Source: Macrostomum lignano (taxonomy: Eukaryota). Taken from it: 64,000 bases of DNA. Both the position numbers and the translations under genes were made by a program. The notes below the pieces were generated by a model. That model was given only the letters and a program-made list of their open reading frames with translations, ran no database searches and was not told the origin of the DNA. Shown here in pieces: positions 37,875-51,630 of the stretch (positions within the stretch are counted from its first letter, which is position 1; each line of letters begins with the position of its first letter). The DNA lies in contig NIVC01001343.1 of the NCBI GenBank assembly GCA_002269645.1, positions 1 through 64,000 of the forward strand, in the 5' to 3' direction.

Positions 37875-40800
37875 TGGTCACTCTCTCCCTCTCAGTCACT
37901 CACTCTCTCTCAGTCACTCACTCCCTGTCAGTCACTCACTCCCTCTCAGTCACTCACTCCCTCTCACTCACTCCCTCTCAGTCACTCACTCCCTCTCAGT
38001 CACTCACTCCCTCTCAGTCATCACTCCCTCTCTCAGTCATCACTCCCTCTCTCAGTCATCACTCCCTCTCAGTCATCACTCCCTCTCTCAGTCATCACTC
38101 CCTCTCAGTCATCACTCCCTCTCAGTCACTCACTCCCTCTCAGTCATCACTCCCTCTCTCAGTCATCACTCCCTCTCAGTCATCACTCCCTCTCTCAGTC
38201 ATCACTCCCTCTCTCAGTCATCACTCCCTCTCTCAGTCATCACTCCCTCTCAGTCACTCACTCCCTCTCAGTCATCACTCCCTCTCTCAGTCATTACTCC
38301 CTCTCTCAGTCATCACTCCCTCTCTCAGTCATCACTCCCTCTCTCAGTCATCACTCCCTCTCTCAGTCATCACTCCCTCTCTCAGTTATCACTCCCTCTC
38401 AGTCATCACTCCCTCTCAGTCACTCACTCCTTCCCAGTCATCACTCCCTCTCAGTCACTCACTCCCTCTCAGTCATCACTCCCTCTCTCAGTCATCACTC
38501 CCTCTCTCAGTCATCACTCCCTCTCTCAGTCATCACTCCCTCTCAGTCATCACTCCCTCTCAGTCACTCACTCCTTCCCAGTCATCACTCCCTCTCAGTC
38601 ACTCACTCCCTCTCAGTCATCACTCCCTCTCTCAGTCATCACTCCCTCTCTCAGTCATCACTCCCTCTCTCAGTCATCACTCCCTCTCTCAGTCATCACT
38701 CCCTCTCTCAGTCATCACTCCCTCTCTCAGTCATCACTCCCTCTCTCAGTCATCACTCCCTCTCAGTCATCACTCCCTCTCAGTCACTCACTCCTTCCCA
38801 GTCATCACTCTCTCTCAGTCACTCACTCCCTCTCAGTCATCACTCCCTCTCTCAGTCATCACTCCCTCTCTCAGTCATCACTCCCTCTCTCAGTCATCAC
38901 TCCCTCTCTCAGTCATCACTCCCTCTCAGTCATCACTCCCTCTCAGTCACTTACTCCTTCCCAGTCATCACTCCCTCTCAGTCACTCACTCCCTCTCAGT
39001 CATCACTCCCTCTCTCAGTCATCACTCCCTCTCTCAGTCATCACTCCCTCTCTCAGTCATCACTCCCTCTCTCAGTCATCACTCCCTCTCTCAGTCATCA
39101 CTCCCTCTCTCCGTCATCACTCCCTCTCTCAGTCATCACTCCCTCTCTCAGTCACTTACTCCCTCTCAGTCATCACTCCCTCTCTCAGTCACTCACTCCC
39201 TCTCTGTAACTCACTCCCTCTCAGTCACTCACTCCCTCTCAGTCACTCACTCTCTCTCTCTCAGTCACTCACTCTCTCTCAGTCACTCACTCCCTCTCAG
39301 TCACTCACTCCCTCTCAGTCACTCACTCCCTCTCAGTCACTCACTCCCTCTCAGTCACTCACTCTCTCTCATTCATCTCTCCCTCTCTCAGTCACTCACT
39401 CTCTCTCAGTCACTCACTCCCTCTCAGTCATCACTCCCTCTCAGTCACTCACTCCCTCTCCTCAGTCACTCACTCCCTCTCAGTGACTCACTCTCTCTCA
39501 GTCACTCACTCCCTCTCAGTCACTCACTCCCTCTCAGTGACTCACTCCCTCTCACTCACTCCCTCTCAGTCACTCACTCCCTCTCAGTCACTCACTCCCT
39601 CTCAGTGACTCACTCTCTCTCAGTCACTCACTCCCTCTCAGTCACTCACTCCCTCTCAGTCACTCACTCCCTCTCAGTCACTCACTCCCTCTCAGTCACT
39701 CACTCTCTCTCAGTCACTCACTCCCTCTCAGTCACTCACTCCCTCTCAGTCACTCACTCCCTCTCAGTCACTCACTCCCTCTCAGTCCCTCACTCCCTCT
39801 CAGTCACTCACTCCCTCTCAGTCACTCACTCCCTCTCAGTCACTCACTCCCTCTCAGTCACTCACTCCCTCTCAGTCACTCACTCCCTCTCAGTCACTCA
39901 CTCCCTCTCAGTCATCACTCCCTCTCTCAGTCATCACTCCCTCTCAGTCATCACTCCCTCTCTCAGTCATCACTCCCTCTCTCAGTCATCACTCCCTCTC
40001 TCAGTCATCACTCCCTCTCAGTCACTCACTCCCTCTCAGTCATCACTCCCTCTCTCAGTCATTACTCCCTCTCTCAGTCATCACTCCCTCTCTCAGTCAT
40101 CACTCCCTCTCTCAGTCATCACTCCCTCTCTCAGTCATCACTCCCTCTCTCAGTTATCACTCCCTCTCAGTCATCACTCCCTCTCAGTCACTCACTCCTT
40201 CCCAGTCATCACTCCCTCTCAGTCACTCACTCCCTCTCAGTCATCACTCCCTCTCTCAGTCATCACTCCCTCTCTCAGTCATCACTCCCTCTCTCAGTCA
40301 TCACTCCCTCTCAGTCATCACTCCCTCTCAGTCACTCACTCCTTCCCAGTCATCACTCCCTCTCAGTCACTCACTCCCTCTCAGTCATCACTCCCTCTCT
40401 CAGTCATCACTCCCTCTCTCAGTCATCACTCCCTCTCTCAGTCATCACTCCCTCTCTCAGTCATCACTCCCTCTCTCAGTCATCACTCCCTCTCTCAGTC
40501 ATCACTCCCTCTCTCAGTCATCACTCCCTCTCTCAGTCATCACTCCTTCTCAGTCACTCACTCCCTCTGTCACTCACTCCTTCCCAGTCATCACTCTCTC
40601 TCAGTCACTCACTCCCTCTCAGTCATCACTCCCTCTCTCAGTCATCACTCCCTCTCTCAGTCATCACTCCCTCCCTCAGTCATCACTCCCTCTCTCAGTC
40701 ATCACTCCCTCTCAGTCATCACTCCCTCTCAGTCACTTACTCCTTCCCAGTCATCACTCCCTCTCAGTCACTCACTCCCTCTCAGTCATCACTCCCTCTC

Positions 40801-43520
40801 TCAGTCATCACTCCCTCTCTCAGTCATCACTCCCTCTCTCAGTCATCACTCCCTCTCTCAGTCATCACTCCCTCTCTCAGTCATCACTCCCTCTCTCCGT
40901 CATCACTCCCTCTCTCAGTCATCACTCCCTCTCTCAGTCACTTACTCCCTCTCAGTCATCACTCCCTCTCTCAGTCACTCACTCCCTCTCTGTAACTCAC
41001 TCCCTCTCAGTCACTCACTCCCTCTCAGTCACTCACTCTCTCTCTCTCAGTCACTCACTCTCTCTCAGTCACTCACTCCCTCTCAGTCACTCACTCCCTC
41101 TCAGTCACTCACTCCCTCTCAGTCACTCACTCCCTCTCAGTCACTCACTCTCTCTCATTCATCTCTCCCTCTCTCAGTCACTCACTCTCTCTCAGTCACT
41201 CACTCCCTCTCAGTCATCACTCCCTCTCAGTCACTCACTCCCTCTCCTCAGTCACTCACTCCCTCTCAGTGACTCACTCTCTCTCAGTCACTCACTCCCT
41301 CTCAGTCACTCACTCCCTCTCAGTGACTCACTCCCTCTCACTCACTCCCTCTCAGTCACTCACTCCCTCTCAGTCACTCACTCCCTCTCAGTGACTCACT
41401 CTCTCTCAGTCACTCACTCCCTCTCAGTCACTCACTCCCTCTCAGTCACTCACTCCCTCTCAGTCACTCACTCCCTCTCAGTCACTCACTCCCTCTCAGT
41501 CACTCACTCCCTCTCAGTCACTCACTCCCTCTCAGTCACTCACTCCCTCTCAGTCACTCACTCCCTCTCAGTCCCTCACTCCCTCTCAGTCACTCACTCC
41601 CTCTCAGTCACTCACTCCCTCTCAGTCACTCACTCCCTCTCAGTCACTTACTCCCTCTCAGTCACTCACTCCCTCTCAGTCACTCACTCCCTCTCAGTCA
41701 CTCACTCCCTCTCAGTCATCACTCCCTCTCTCAGTCATTACTCCCTCTCTCAGTCATCACTCCCTCTCTCAGTCATCACTCCCTCTCTCAGTCATCACTC
41801 CCTCTCTCAGTCATCACTCCCTCTCTCAGTTATCACTCCCTCTCAGTCATCACTCCCTCTCAGTCACTCACTCCTTCCCAGTCATCACTCCCTCTCAGTC
41901 ACTCACTCCCTCTCAGTCATCACTCCCTCTCTCAGTCATCACTCCCTCTCTCAGTCATCACTCCCTCTCTCAGTCATCACTCCCTCTCAGTCATCACTCC
42001 CTCTCAGTCACTCACTCCTTCCCAGTCATCACTCCCTCTCAGTCACTCACTCCCTCTCAGTCATCACTCCCTCTCTCAGTCATCACTCCCTCTCTCAGTC
42101 ATCACTCCCTCTCTCAGTCATCACTCCCTCTCTCAGTCATCACTCCCTCTCTCAGTCATCACTCCCTCTCTCAGTCATCACTCCCTCTCTCAGTCATCAC
42201 TCCCTCTCTCAGTCATCACTCCTTCTCAGTCATCACTCCCTCTCAGTCACTCACTCCTTCCCAGTCATCACTCTCTCTCAGTCACTCACTCCCTCTCAGT
42301 CATCACTCCCTCTCTCAGTCATCACTCCCTCTCTCAGTCATCACTCCCTCCCTCAGTCATCACTCCCTCTCTCAGTCATCACTCCCTCTCAGTCATCACT
42401 CCCTCTCAGTCACTTACTCCTTCCCAGTCATCACTCCCTCTCAGTCACTCACTCCCTCTCAGTCATCACTCCCTCTCTCAGTCATCACTCCCTCTCTCAG
42501 TCATCACTCCCTCTCTCAGTCATCACTCCCTCTCTCAGTCATCACTCCCTCTCTCAGTCATCACTCCCTCTCTCCGTCATCACTCCCTCTCTCAGTCATC
42601 ACTCCCTCTCTCAGTCACTTACTCCCTCTCAGTCATCACTCCCTCTCTCAGTCACTCACTCCCTCTCTGTAACTCACTCCCTCTCAGTCACTCACTCCCT
42701 CTCAGTCACTCACTCTCTCTCTCTCAGTCACTCACTCTCTCTCAGTCACTCACTCCCTCTCAGTCACTCACTCCCTCTCAGTCACTCACTCCCTCTCAGT
42801 CACTCACTCCCTCTCAGTCACTCACTCTCTCTCATTCATCTCTCCCTCTCTCAGTCACTCACTCTCTCTCAGTCACTCACTCCCTCTCAGTCATCACTCC
42901 CTCTCAGTCACTCACTCCCTCTCCTCAGTCACTCACTCCCTCTCAGTGACTCACTCTCTCTCAGTCACTCACTCCCTCTCAGTCACTCACTCCCTCTCAG
43001 TGACTCACTCCCTCTCACTCACTCCCTCTCAGTCACTCACTCCCTCTCAGTCACTCACTCCCTCTCAGTGACTCACTCTCTCTCAGTCACTCACTCCCTC
43101 TCAGTCACTCACTCCCTCTCAGTCACTCACTCCCTCTCAGTCACTCACTCCCTCTCAGTCACTCACTCCCTCTCAGTCACTCACTCCCTCTCAGTCACTC
43201 ACTCCCTCTCAGTCACTCACTCCCTCTCAGTCACTCACTCCCTCTCAGTCCCTCACTCCCTCTCAGTCACTCACTCCCTCTCAGTCACTCACTCCCTCTC
43301 AGTCACTCACTCCCTCTCAGTCACTTACTCCCTCTCAGTCACTCACTCCCTCTCAGTCACTCACTCCCTCTCAGTCACTCACTCCCTCTCAGTCACTCAC
43401 TCCCTCTCAGTCACTCACTCCCTCCCTCATTCACTCACTCACTCCGCCTCTCAGTCACTCGCTCCCTCCCAGTCACTCGCTCCCTCCCAGTCACTCACTC
43501 CCTCTCAGTCACTTACTCTC
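37875..43520. repeat. 5.6-kb CT-rich satellite of 17-19-bp units (CTCCCTCTCAGTCACTCA / CTCCCTCTCTCAGTCATCA) with a ~1.7-kb higher-order repeat
   Basis: Units read directly; rare variants recur at 1786- and 1677-bp spacing. Confidence 0.97.
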
Positions 43521-44339
43521 TCTCAGTCACGCACAGGGTTTCAGTCACCTGCACTCAATTATTACCGTCACAATTTCACACTTGCACTTTTGCTGCCACC
43601 TTTCTGTTGCTTCAGAGGTATTTTTCTGGCCACCTCATCTAAGATTACCTCGCGCAGATGGGCAAAAAATACTACTTCAATGTTTATTCAAAACGCGCTT
43701 TGATTTATTTTGACATAATAAAATAGAGATGCATACACATAGATGTGCTTTTTTGCATCCATATATTCCATAGTTGCATTTCCGCGGAGCTTCTATCATC
43801 ATCTCTCTCCCTCCAGTCTCTCTACCTGGACCTCATCGCTTCATTTTCAAAATCTGACATTTCAACTTCATTTCCGCTTCGGACAGAAATTTTCAGCAAA
43901 AAGATCGGGGTCGGTAGAAACACTGGGGTGTGTCGAGATTTCCGCGAAAGAGCTGTTTTCTTTTGCGTCTCTGCATGGCCGGGTTTTGCACTTTATCAGC
44001 AGTAGCTAAAATAACTTGAAGCTTAAAGTTTGAAAAGAAAATTATTTTGGTCTCTAGGGAACTATATATATTGTAGGTTGACTAATTTTAACTTTTACAT
44101 ATTTCAGATTTTAAGAGTCAGTTAAACAATATATGTTACTGAAGTCTAATCGACCGCCTAATATATCGCCTAATTAACTTTCTAATTTACTGACTAAATA
44201 GTTCATCGAATTAGATCTTCTTGTCGTATCATTTTCTAATCAAGCACTTTAGCAATCGCCTAATCAGTTTTCTTCTGAATCTTCTAGTCTCTATCAGATT
44301 CACCAGTTAATCATTAATTAGATCATTAATTCGATTCTC

Positions 44340-44710
44340 TAGTCAATCGCATAATCCGCCTAATCAATCTCCTAATCGATTTACTAATCAATTGTCTAAC
44401 CAATCGTCTGATAAATCGCCTAATTAATTGCCTAATCAATTGTCTAATAATATCGCCTAATAGCTTGCCAAATCAATCGCCTAATCAATGGGCTAGTTAA
44501 GCTTCTAACCAATCGCCTAATCAATTGGCTTATCAATCGCCTAATGAATCTCCTTATCAATTGCCCAATTAATATTCTAACCAATAGTCTAATCAACCGC
44601 CTAATCAATCGCCTAATCAATTGCCTAATCAATCGCCTAATCAATCGCCTAATCAATCGCCTTATCAATCGCTAATCAATCGCCTTATCAATCGCCTAAT
44701 CAATCGCCTC
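44340..44710. repeat. 12-bp minisatellite (AATCAATCGCCT), degenerate towards the 5' side
   Basis: Read directly; ends ~13 nt before the 44724 acceptor. Confidence 0.9.
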
Positions 44711-44723
44711 ACTAACCTCCAAG

Positions 44724-44993
44724 CTATCGAAGGTGGAGGACTCAGCCGAGGTCAGACGCGACCTGCTTCGCAACATCGCCAGCGTCTGCCCCGATCACGA
44801 GCGTCGTGTCGCCGAAATCAACCGCGCGGAGGCGGCCATCCAGCGTCGACAGCGAATGATTCGAGAGGCGGCCGCTCTGAAGGCCAAGAAGACGCTCACG
44901 GCGGCTGCTAGCCGGCTAAAACCAGTTCAGAAACCAACCGCCATTAATCCAGTTCCCCAATTGGTGTTTGACACTGACGCCGACAATGAGTAA
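44724..44993 (+). CDS. AIP3-domain protein last exon (total ~646 aa if there are no hidden exons)
   Basis: Acceptor ctaacctccaag|, phase 0; NIASVCPDHERRVAEINRAE resembles the PDHxxRxxxIxxAE motif near the end of the Bud6/AIP3 domain. Confidence 0.7.
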   Translation, partial: LSKVEDSAEVRRDLLRNIASVCPDHERRVAEINRAEAAIQRRQRMIREAAALKAKKTLTAAASRLKPVQKPTAINPVPQLVFDTDADNE

Positions 44994-45683
44994 CTTAATT
45001 ATGAATTTTTTGTAGAATATTTCCCTGCTGAAAGCGAGTTTGGATTTTTTACAAATTTTAATACTGATTTTTATTTTTGAATTGTGACCATATTTTTGGC
45101 AACTAATTAATTCACATCCGCAATTAATGTAGTCTTTGTACCGTTTTTCGAATCGGATCGGGATATTTTTAATTGAATAACTCGTTTATCCTTCTTATTA
45201 ATTCAGCTCGATACATCAATGAGACTTTTATGAATGAAATCGTGTTGTGTTAATTTTCGTTCCACCAGCTCTTCGAATTGATGGACAGCTGCAATTGCTT
45301 TTTTAATGAATAAGCAAGTTTGTATGTAAACTCAATTTGATCTCAATTTTATGCTACTGACTATAGCTGCTACAAGTTTTTAATTTTGGTGTTCAAAATT
45401 CTAACTACAATTAGTGTCGCGATGCGATTGCGTATAAATTGTTGGAATATTTGTCTATTTATTCAATATTTTAAAAAGTCTCAATGTTGTTATTTGAAAT
45501 TCTTGAGTCTCGTGTCCTCTTCAGTGTATCGCAAAGAAACAGACACAAATAAAAAGTTTGACAGTTGACACCACAGAGAATTCTTTCATTCTGCTGTTAT
45601 TTCATTTTTTTATTGTAAGCGCTTTTACACTTTAAACGGCTTCGTGTGTTTGTTATTTGTAAGTTGCCCCTTAAGATTAGGAA

Positions 45684-46070
45684 TACCAAGTTTTTTTCGC
45701 CCCCGTCGAGAGGAGGGATTCGATCCCCTCCCACCTACTTTTTTTGCTGCGCCGGAACGGAGCAACGCGCAGGCACACGAAATTCAAGAACATGGGCTTT
45801 AAATTTTTGTTGCACACCTACTCTAACAAGAATCAAGTCGATCGCCGGCCTCCGGACCGTCCAGATATTCGACGACTCTGCCATGGAAGGTCGGTCGGAT
45901 TTTTTTCATAAGCGCTAGCGTATTCAGTAAACCCCTGTGCGCCAATCAGCACTGCGCGGCCTCAGTACGAGCCCCCAGTGCAGCCTTGCCAAACCTCCCA
46001 AATTTCATCAGAACGATCGCGACCAACATGTCTGCATCAGCTGTGACTTTGTTAGTCACTACATGTATAT
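45684..46070 (+). repeat. Dispersed ~420-bp repeat family, copy 2
   Basis: Colinear similarity with 17761-18080. Confidence 0.8.
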
Positions 46071-46074
46071 CCTA

Positions 46075-46511
46075 GTCTAGATCAGCGAAGCTAGGAGAAA
46101 TTCGCAACAGGGTGCAGTCTTATAGTCACCTTAACTTGTTCAGTCTGTTGAGGGTCCAGTCGAAGTTCCGCGCCTGGGGTGATTAGGCCAAGTCAAAAAA
46201 GCTCGTGCAGAGCTGATGCAGACTCATACAGGTGGTCGTCGACGTGCTGATGAAATTCAGAGGCTTGGCAAGGGCCCGCACTGAAACTTGGTGCCGATTA
46301 TTGGCGCATAGGGGTATATGTAATACTGAATAGGTCGCCATGCCTTCCGAGGATTTTCCCATAGGCGCTATCTATAGTGTTTTTATTGATAAAATTGTTA
46401 GAGAAAGTGCGCGCGGCTAAAAAGTTGATCCGTGTTCTTGAATTTCGTGTCCTTCGTTAATTGCTTCGTTCCAGCGCTGCGAAAAATCCCAGTGGAGTGT
46501 TCCTTTGGTAG
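46075..46511 (-). repeat. Dispersed ~420-bp repeat family, copy 3 (inverted, tail-to-tail with copy 2)
   Basis: The reverse complement begins CTACCAAAGG and follows copy 1 through GGAACTT..CTGGACC.TCAACAG..AAGGTGACTAT..TTCGCTGATC. Confidence 0.8.
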
Positions 46512-47110
46512 TTCTAGTGTTGACACATGTACATCGTACATCAACCTAGCATGCAGCTGTACATGTAAAATCGGTTTTTGGCAAGAGAGCTCCATCATGA
46601 ATCATCTTAATTAATTTTGCACCACAATTGCTTCTTCATTTATTTCTAGAATTTCTAAAGATTTTTCTTAGCTTTTTGATACATCGGAATTTGGTCCCAT
46701 CGGCATAGATCTATTCCGCATAGACCTGCGTGCCCGCGGCACTTACAATTTAAGTAATACGGAAAGAAATTTAATTTAACTTCACGCGCGTTCAAACAAA
46801 TCAATGAAAAAAACAAGTATAGATAAGTTTTTTTCGTAATCGGCGCCGATTATTATTTTAGTTTTATTTGAATCTAATCAGGAAGCTAAAACCATGTTTT
46901 TTCGATTAATTTACAAGTTTGGTTCATACTTTCAATTTTAAGAGTACATAATTTATTTCTGGCAGATGTTCCTGGCCGGTTGACAACGAATCAGTCGTGT
47001 TCTTTGTGTTTTATTGCCCTTCTATTGGAGAAGTTTGCTTTGCTTTTTTGTTCAGATGGAACCCGTTATTCTCTTAATTTAGTTTAGGCAGTGTTTACCT
47101 CGTCTTAAAA

Positions 47111-47207
47111 ATGGACTTTTATCGTCGAATTGTCACAGAAATTTTGCCTGACAAACTGCAGCGCGTACCTGTTCCCGACAGCTTCTTTGGTATATTCAAA
47201 CTATCTG
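47111..47207 (+). CDS. CISD2: CISD2 (Miner1/NAF-1) exon 1
   Basis: MDFYRRIVTEILPDKLQRVPVPDSFFGIFKLS matches recalled human ARIVKVQLPAYLKRLPVPESITGFARLT; donor g|gtaagt, phase 1. Confidence 0.9.
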
Positions 47208-47869
47208 GTAAGTAAAATAACACAGAAATATATACAAAGTTTTGGGATGAAAGTTAGGATAGAATCATTTCAATCTGAATATACGTTTGTTTTATGAATG
47301 CAAAGGTAACAACACTAGAGTCTAGTCCAGTCTCTACTCCATATATTTACATAAATGATAAATTACACTCAGCTTCAGTACTTAACAGTGTTATAATTTG
47401 ACTTGCACATTTAATATTTCCTAATATAAGGTTTTACTAGCATTTACTAACCAGTATCTTCAAAATGAATCACCTAAAATACTAATTATTGATAGACTAT
47501 AGGCATGTGTGAATAAACTATATTCACACATCTTATTAAATTAGATTTTTTGAGTCAAAATATTTGTTGAAAATAATATTAATAATATCCTAGCCAGGTT
47601 ATATTATCTAATGTTTAACCTTTTACTAAATAGATTATCCCTAATCTCTAGCCCAAATAAATTAAATGAAGGATTTGAACTTATTAGTTATACTTAAAAG
47701 TGACCAATTATTACTATTCTAGTTTTAACAGGCTCTAGCATGTGCTATGCAATTTTAAAATATAACATCATCCTTGAAGTACTCACCCTATATACAGTCA
47801 ATTTATTATTATGGTTGTTGTAAATGTCAAACCATAGAAATTTTCAACTATTGAAGTTTAAACCCATAA

Positions 47870-48665
47870 TGTGCCACCCCATAAAGACCCCTGCCTCAAA
47901 AAGCGCTACCCAACCCAATGAAGCGCCAATCCAATAAGACGCCGCCCAATAAAGTGCCAATCCTAAAAGGCGCCACCCTAAGAAGCACCAATTTAAGATG
48001 CCAATCTAGAAAGCGCCAACTCAAAAGGGCCCCACTCTAAAAGCGCCAATTTAAAAGATGTCACTCAATGACGCGCCAATCCAAAAGGCGCCACCCTTAA
48101 GCGCCACTCTAAAAGCGCCAATCCAAAAAGGCGCCACCCTCAAAAGCGCCAATCCTAAAAGGCGCCACCCAATGACGCGCCAATCCTAAAAGGCGCCACC
48201 CTAAGAAGCGCCAATCCAAGATGCCAATCTAGAAAGCGCCAACTCAAAAGGGCGCCACTCTAAAAGCGCCAATTTGAAAGATGTCAATCAATGACGCGCC
48301 AATCCAAAAGGCGCCACCCTTAAAAGCGCCACACTAAAAGCGCCAATCCAAAAAGGCGCCACCCTCAAAAGCGCCAATCCAAGATGCCAGTCTAAAAAGC
48401 GCCAACTCAAACGGGCGCCACTCTAAAAGCGCCAATTTAAAAGACGCCACCCAATGACGCGCAAATCCAAAAGGCGCCACTCTAAAACGCCAATCCAAAA
48501 AGGCGCCACCCTCAAAAGCGCCAATCCAAGATGCCAGTCTAAAAAGCGCCAACTCAAACGGGCGCCACTCTAAAAGCGCCAATTTAAAAGACGCCACCCA
48601 ATGACGCGCAAATCCAAAAGGCGCCACTCTAAAAAGCGCCAATCCAAAAATGTGCCACCCAATGA
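47870..48665. repeat. Degenerate array of ~14-bp (A)4GCGCCA / GGCGCCA units with 150-220-bp superperiod, in the CISD2 intron
   Basis: Dozens of GCGCCA cores; marker AAGATGCCA recurs at ~47996, 48218, 48381, 48528. Confidence 0.85.
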
Positions 48666-48823
48666 AGCACTGCCCCATTTCCACATCTAAGCATTATTAA
48701 ACTTAATTAAGCTCCTCAATATTAGCACTAATCAATTGTAATTAGTTAAACTGTTTTGCACTGAATGAACAGTAGCATTACAATGTGCGCCTACCGCCTC
48801 CCCTTTCTACTTGTCATTTGCAG

Positions 48824-49146
48824 TTTCTGAGCTGGCCTCGCTGGCCCTGTTCACTGGAGCATCCGGTTTCGTTGTGTACTCGGTGTACACCACCTGCCAG
48901 TTAAAGCTGGACCAATACCGCAAAGCCAGCAAGCCGAACTCAGTTGGCAAAGGCACCCTAGTTAATATCAGCTGGCGCAAAGATGTCAGCAAAGTGGCCG
49001 ACACAATTAGCGCAGACGAGATTGGCGAGAAAGTAGCCATGTGCCGCTGCTGGCGATCTAAGAAATTTCCATATTGCGACGGATCGCACAATCAGCATAA
49101 TGCTACCACTGGCGACAATGTTGGACCTCTGCTGGTTAAGAAGTGA
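48824..49146 (+). CDS. CISD2: CISD2 exon 2: TM helix + CDGSH 2Fe-2S domain (total 139 aa)
   Basis: CRCWRSKKFPYCDGSHNQHNATTGDNVGPL; acceptor tttgcag|, phase 1. Confidence 0.97.
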
Positions 49147-50607
49147 ACTAACTGTTTTGTTACGTAAATTTTAACGAATTTCCCCTTAACTTCAAGTCGA
49201 TCTTATTTGTTTACTCATTAATTTCTGATGTTACGCAAATAATAGTCATTTAGTCCCATACTTACTACTGCTGGCTAGAGTATGAACTCGAGTAGCTAAA
49301 AAATAATTTTCCGGTAGTTCTTTAAATTTCTTTATTGTTATTGTTTTAGCTTGATGTTAAATACATGATGCTATAATCTTACCATATTGGATTTATAGTT
49401 AGTTTCAGAAAGCTACGCTTGAATCAACTGCGAATCATTACAATATGAGCGGATAGTAAAATTATATTTTCAATTTCAGTCCGTTTTTCTTTGCAATCAA
49501 AAATGATGTAAGGTACATGCATGCATTTACGTAGGCTCGAAGTGATTGAAACATCTGCTTTCTATATTGTACAAGCTATCAGAGTTTGGTTGCTTACCTA
49601 ACAAGTACATGTATGCACCTAATTTACAAGTATGTACATAAAGATAGTTTGCAGAATCACCTGTAATACAATTCTCTACTACCTGTAATACGATTCTCAT
49701 GTACACGTAATATTAGACTTCGTACAATCACTTATAAATGTGCTCATGAAGACAGTCTGTAGAAGGACCTGTAATATGTACTCGTACATGTAAATTTAGG
49801 CAGTCTGTAGAAGGACTTGTATTATGAACACGTAAATGTAGGCAGTCTGTAAAATCACCTGTACAGGCAAACGTAGAGTCTGTAGAATCACCTGTAATAT
49901 TTACAACTTTTTAAATGTAAATTTAGAATCCTGCACCTGCTACAGCCAGTAGAATCACCTGTCTAAATCACTTTTTAATTAAATTAGAAAAAATATCCAA
50001 TTAAAATTTCTCGTTAGTAAAGTGCGCAGGTTTTACACAAAGTTCGATAATATATATTTTTTATAATCTTCCGATTTGTTGATACATGTAATTACATGAG
50101 TAAACTGTACAGGTTGTGCTCTAGCCTCTATTGCGGATAATAAATTATATCAATATTGTTTTGGCCAGCAAGCAGAAGTTAACGCAGTCAGATTATGATT
50201 CATGCAGGGTAATTAGTAATCCTAACATGTAAATCCTATTATAAAGCACAGGAAATGCTGCCAGTTTTGATTATTGAAGAACAACAGGTGTCCATATTAT
50301 AGGCAGGGAAGAAAAGCACAACAAAAGCAGCAACAGCACGCGTTGTACACAGTAACAACAAAAATGACAAATTTGTAATCCCAATAAAAATATAAGGATA
50401 AGCTCTATATGGGCTTTTACTCGTTATTATACAATAACACTTGGAAAAATGAGAAATCGAGTTGCTGCTAACGGAGGAACAGAGTCTACAAGTTACTAGA
50501 GCAATTAGAGAGTCCTACTATATCAAGCACTAATAATAACCATATCCTTAACTAAAAAATAGAATTTTTTAAGCCACAAAAAAGCTGATAAAAAGATTTC
50601 AGTTTGT

Positions 50608-51598
50608 TTAATCGTCAATTTGAATAACATCCATAGGCTGGATTTGCTGTTGCCTCTGTCTGAGCAATTGCTGCTGCTGTTGTTGATGTGCAGCTAGCAG
50701 TTGTTGATGCTGCTGTACAGGAGTCAAGCCACTGATAGTGGTAGTCAGGATAGGCAAGGATGCGGGTGCAGCAGCCAGAGGTGGCGGAGCTGGAAACTGC
50801 TGCTGCGTCATAGTCGGCCTCAAAGCGATCCGATTAGCAGCTGCTGCGGCGGCTTGTTGCAACAATAATTGCTGGTGCTGCTGTTGTTGGTGCTGCTGCT
50901 GCTGCTGCTGCCTGCTAGCCGCTGACAATGCCTCCCGGTAGCGGATCTGTAGGAAGGGCAGATTCTTTAAAAAAGCCTCCCCGTGCAGAAGGGCATTTTC
51001 GCGGCAAGTCAGATGAAAGCTGAACGCTTCCTCGAATAGCGCAACCAGACCCTCGGCAATGCGATAGATCTTATTAGCCGGTACAACGCAACGCAGAACG
51101 TTGAGCAGCTGATCATGATTCCAAGCCGGGAATAAAGTGCGCCTGACGTGTTCAAGAACAATGTAGTCGCCTTGGAGAGCATTCTCTGGCAGTAGCGGGA
51201 TGTACGGCCGGATCATGCACAGCGTGATTGGCCGGCCGTTGGTTAGGTCGCCTTGTACTTTTAGAAACGAACAGGTGCCCAGGTGAGTCTCGCGGATAAC
51301 CTGTTTCTGTAGGATTGGACCCGACTGGGGAGCTTGCTGCTGTTGTTGTTGCTGTTGTTGCTGCTGCTGCTGCTGCAGTGGCTGATGCTGCAAGAGTTGA
51401 TTGACAGTCCTGCGACGTTTAGGATCGCTTGGACCGACAGCAGCCGCCACCGCCGCTTGCTGCTGCTGCTGCTGTTGAACCTGAGCCGCTGGATGAGCTG
51501 CTGACGGTCGAACAGTTGCAGATGTTGGAGACAACAGGCGAGCATTGTTTCTCATCTGTTGCTGCTGTTGTTGTTGTTGTTGCAGAAGTTCTTGCTGT

Positions 51599-51630
<32 letters not shown>

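Noticed and set aside
37850-43703. 1140-aa and 770-aa S/L/H/T ORFs
   Set aside because: Translations of a CT-rich satellite that lacks stop codons by composition; non-ATG starts; they lie inside an intron of the AIP3-domain gene.
45712-45745. tRNA T-arm-like hairpin GAGGGATTCGATCCCCTC followed by a T-run
   Set aside because: No D-arm, anticodon arm or acceptor stem; not conserved in the other two copies of the dispersed repeat.
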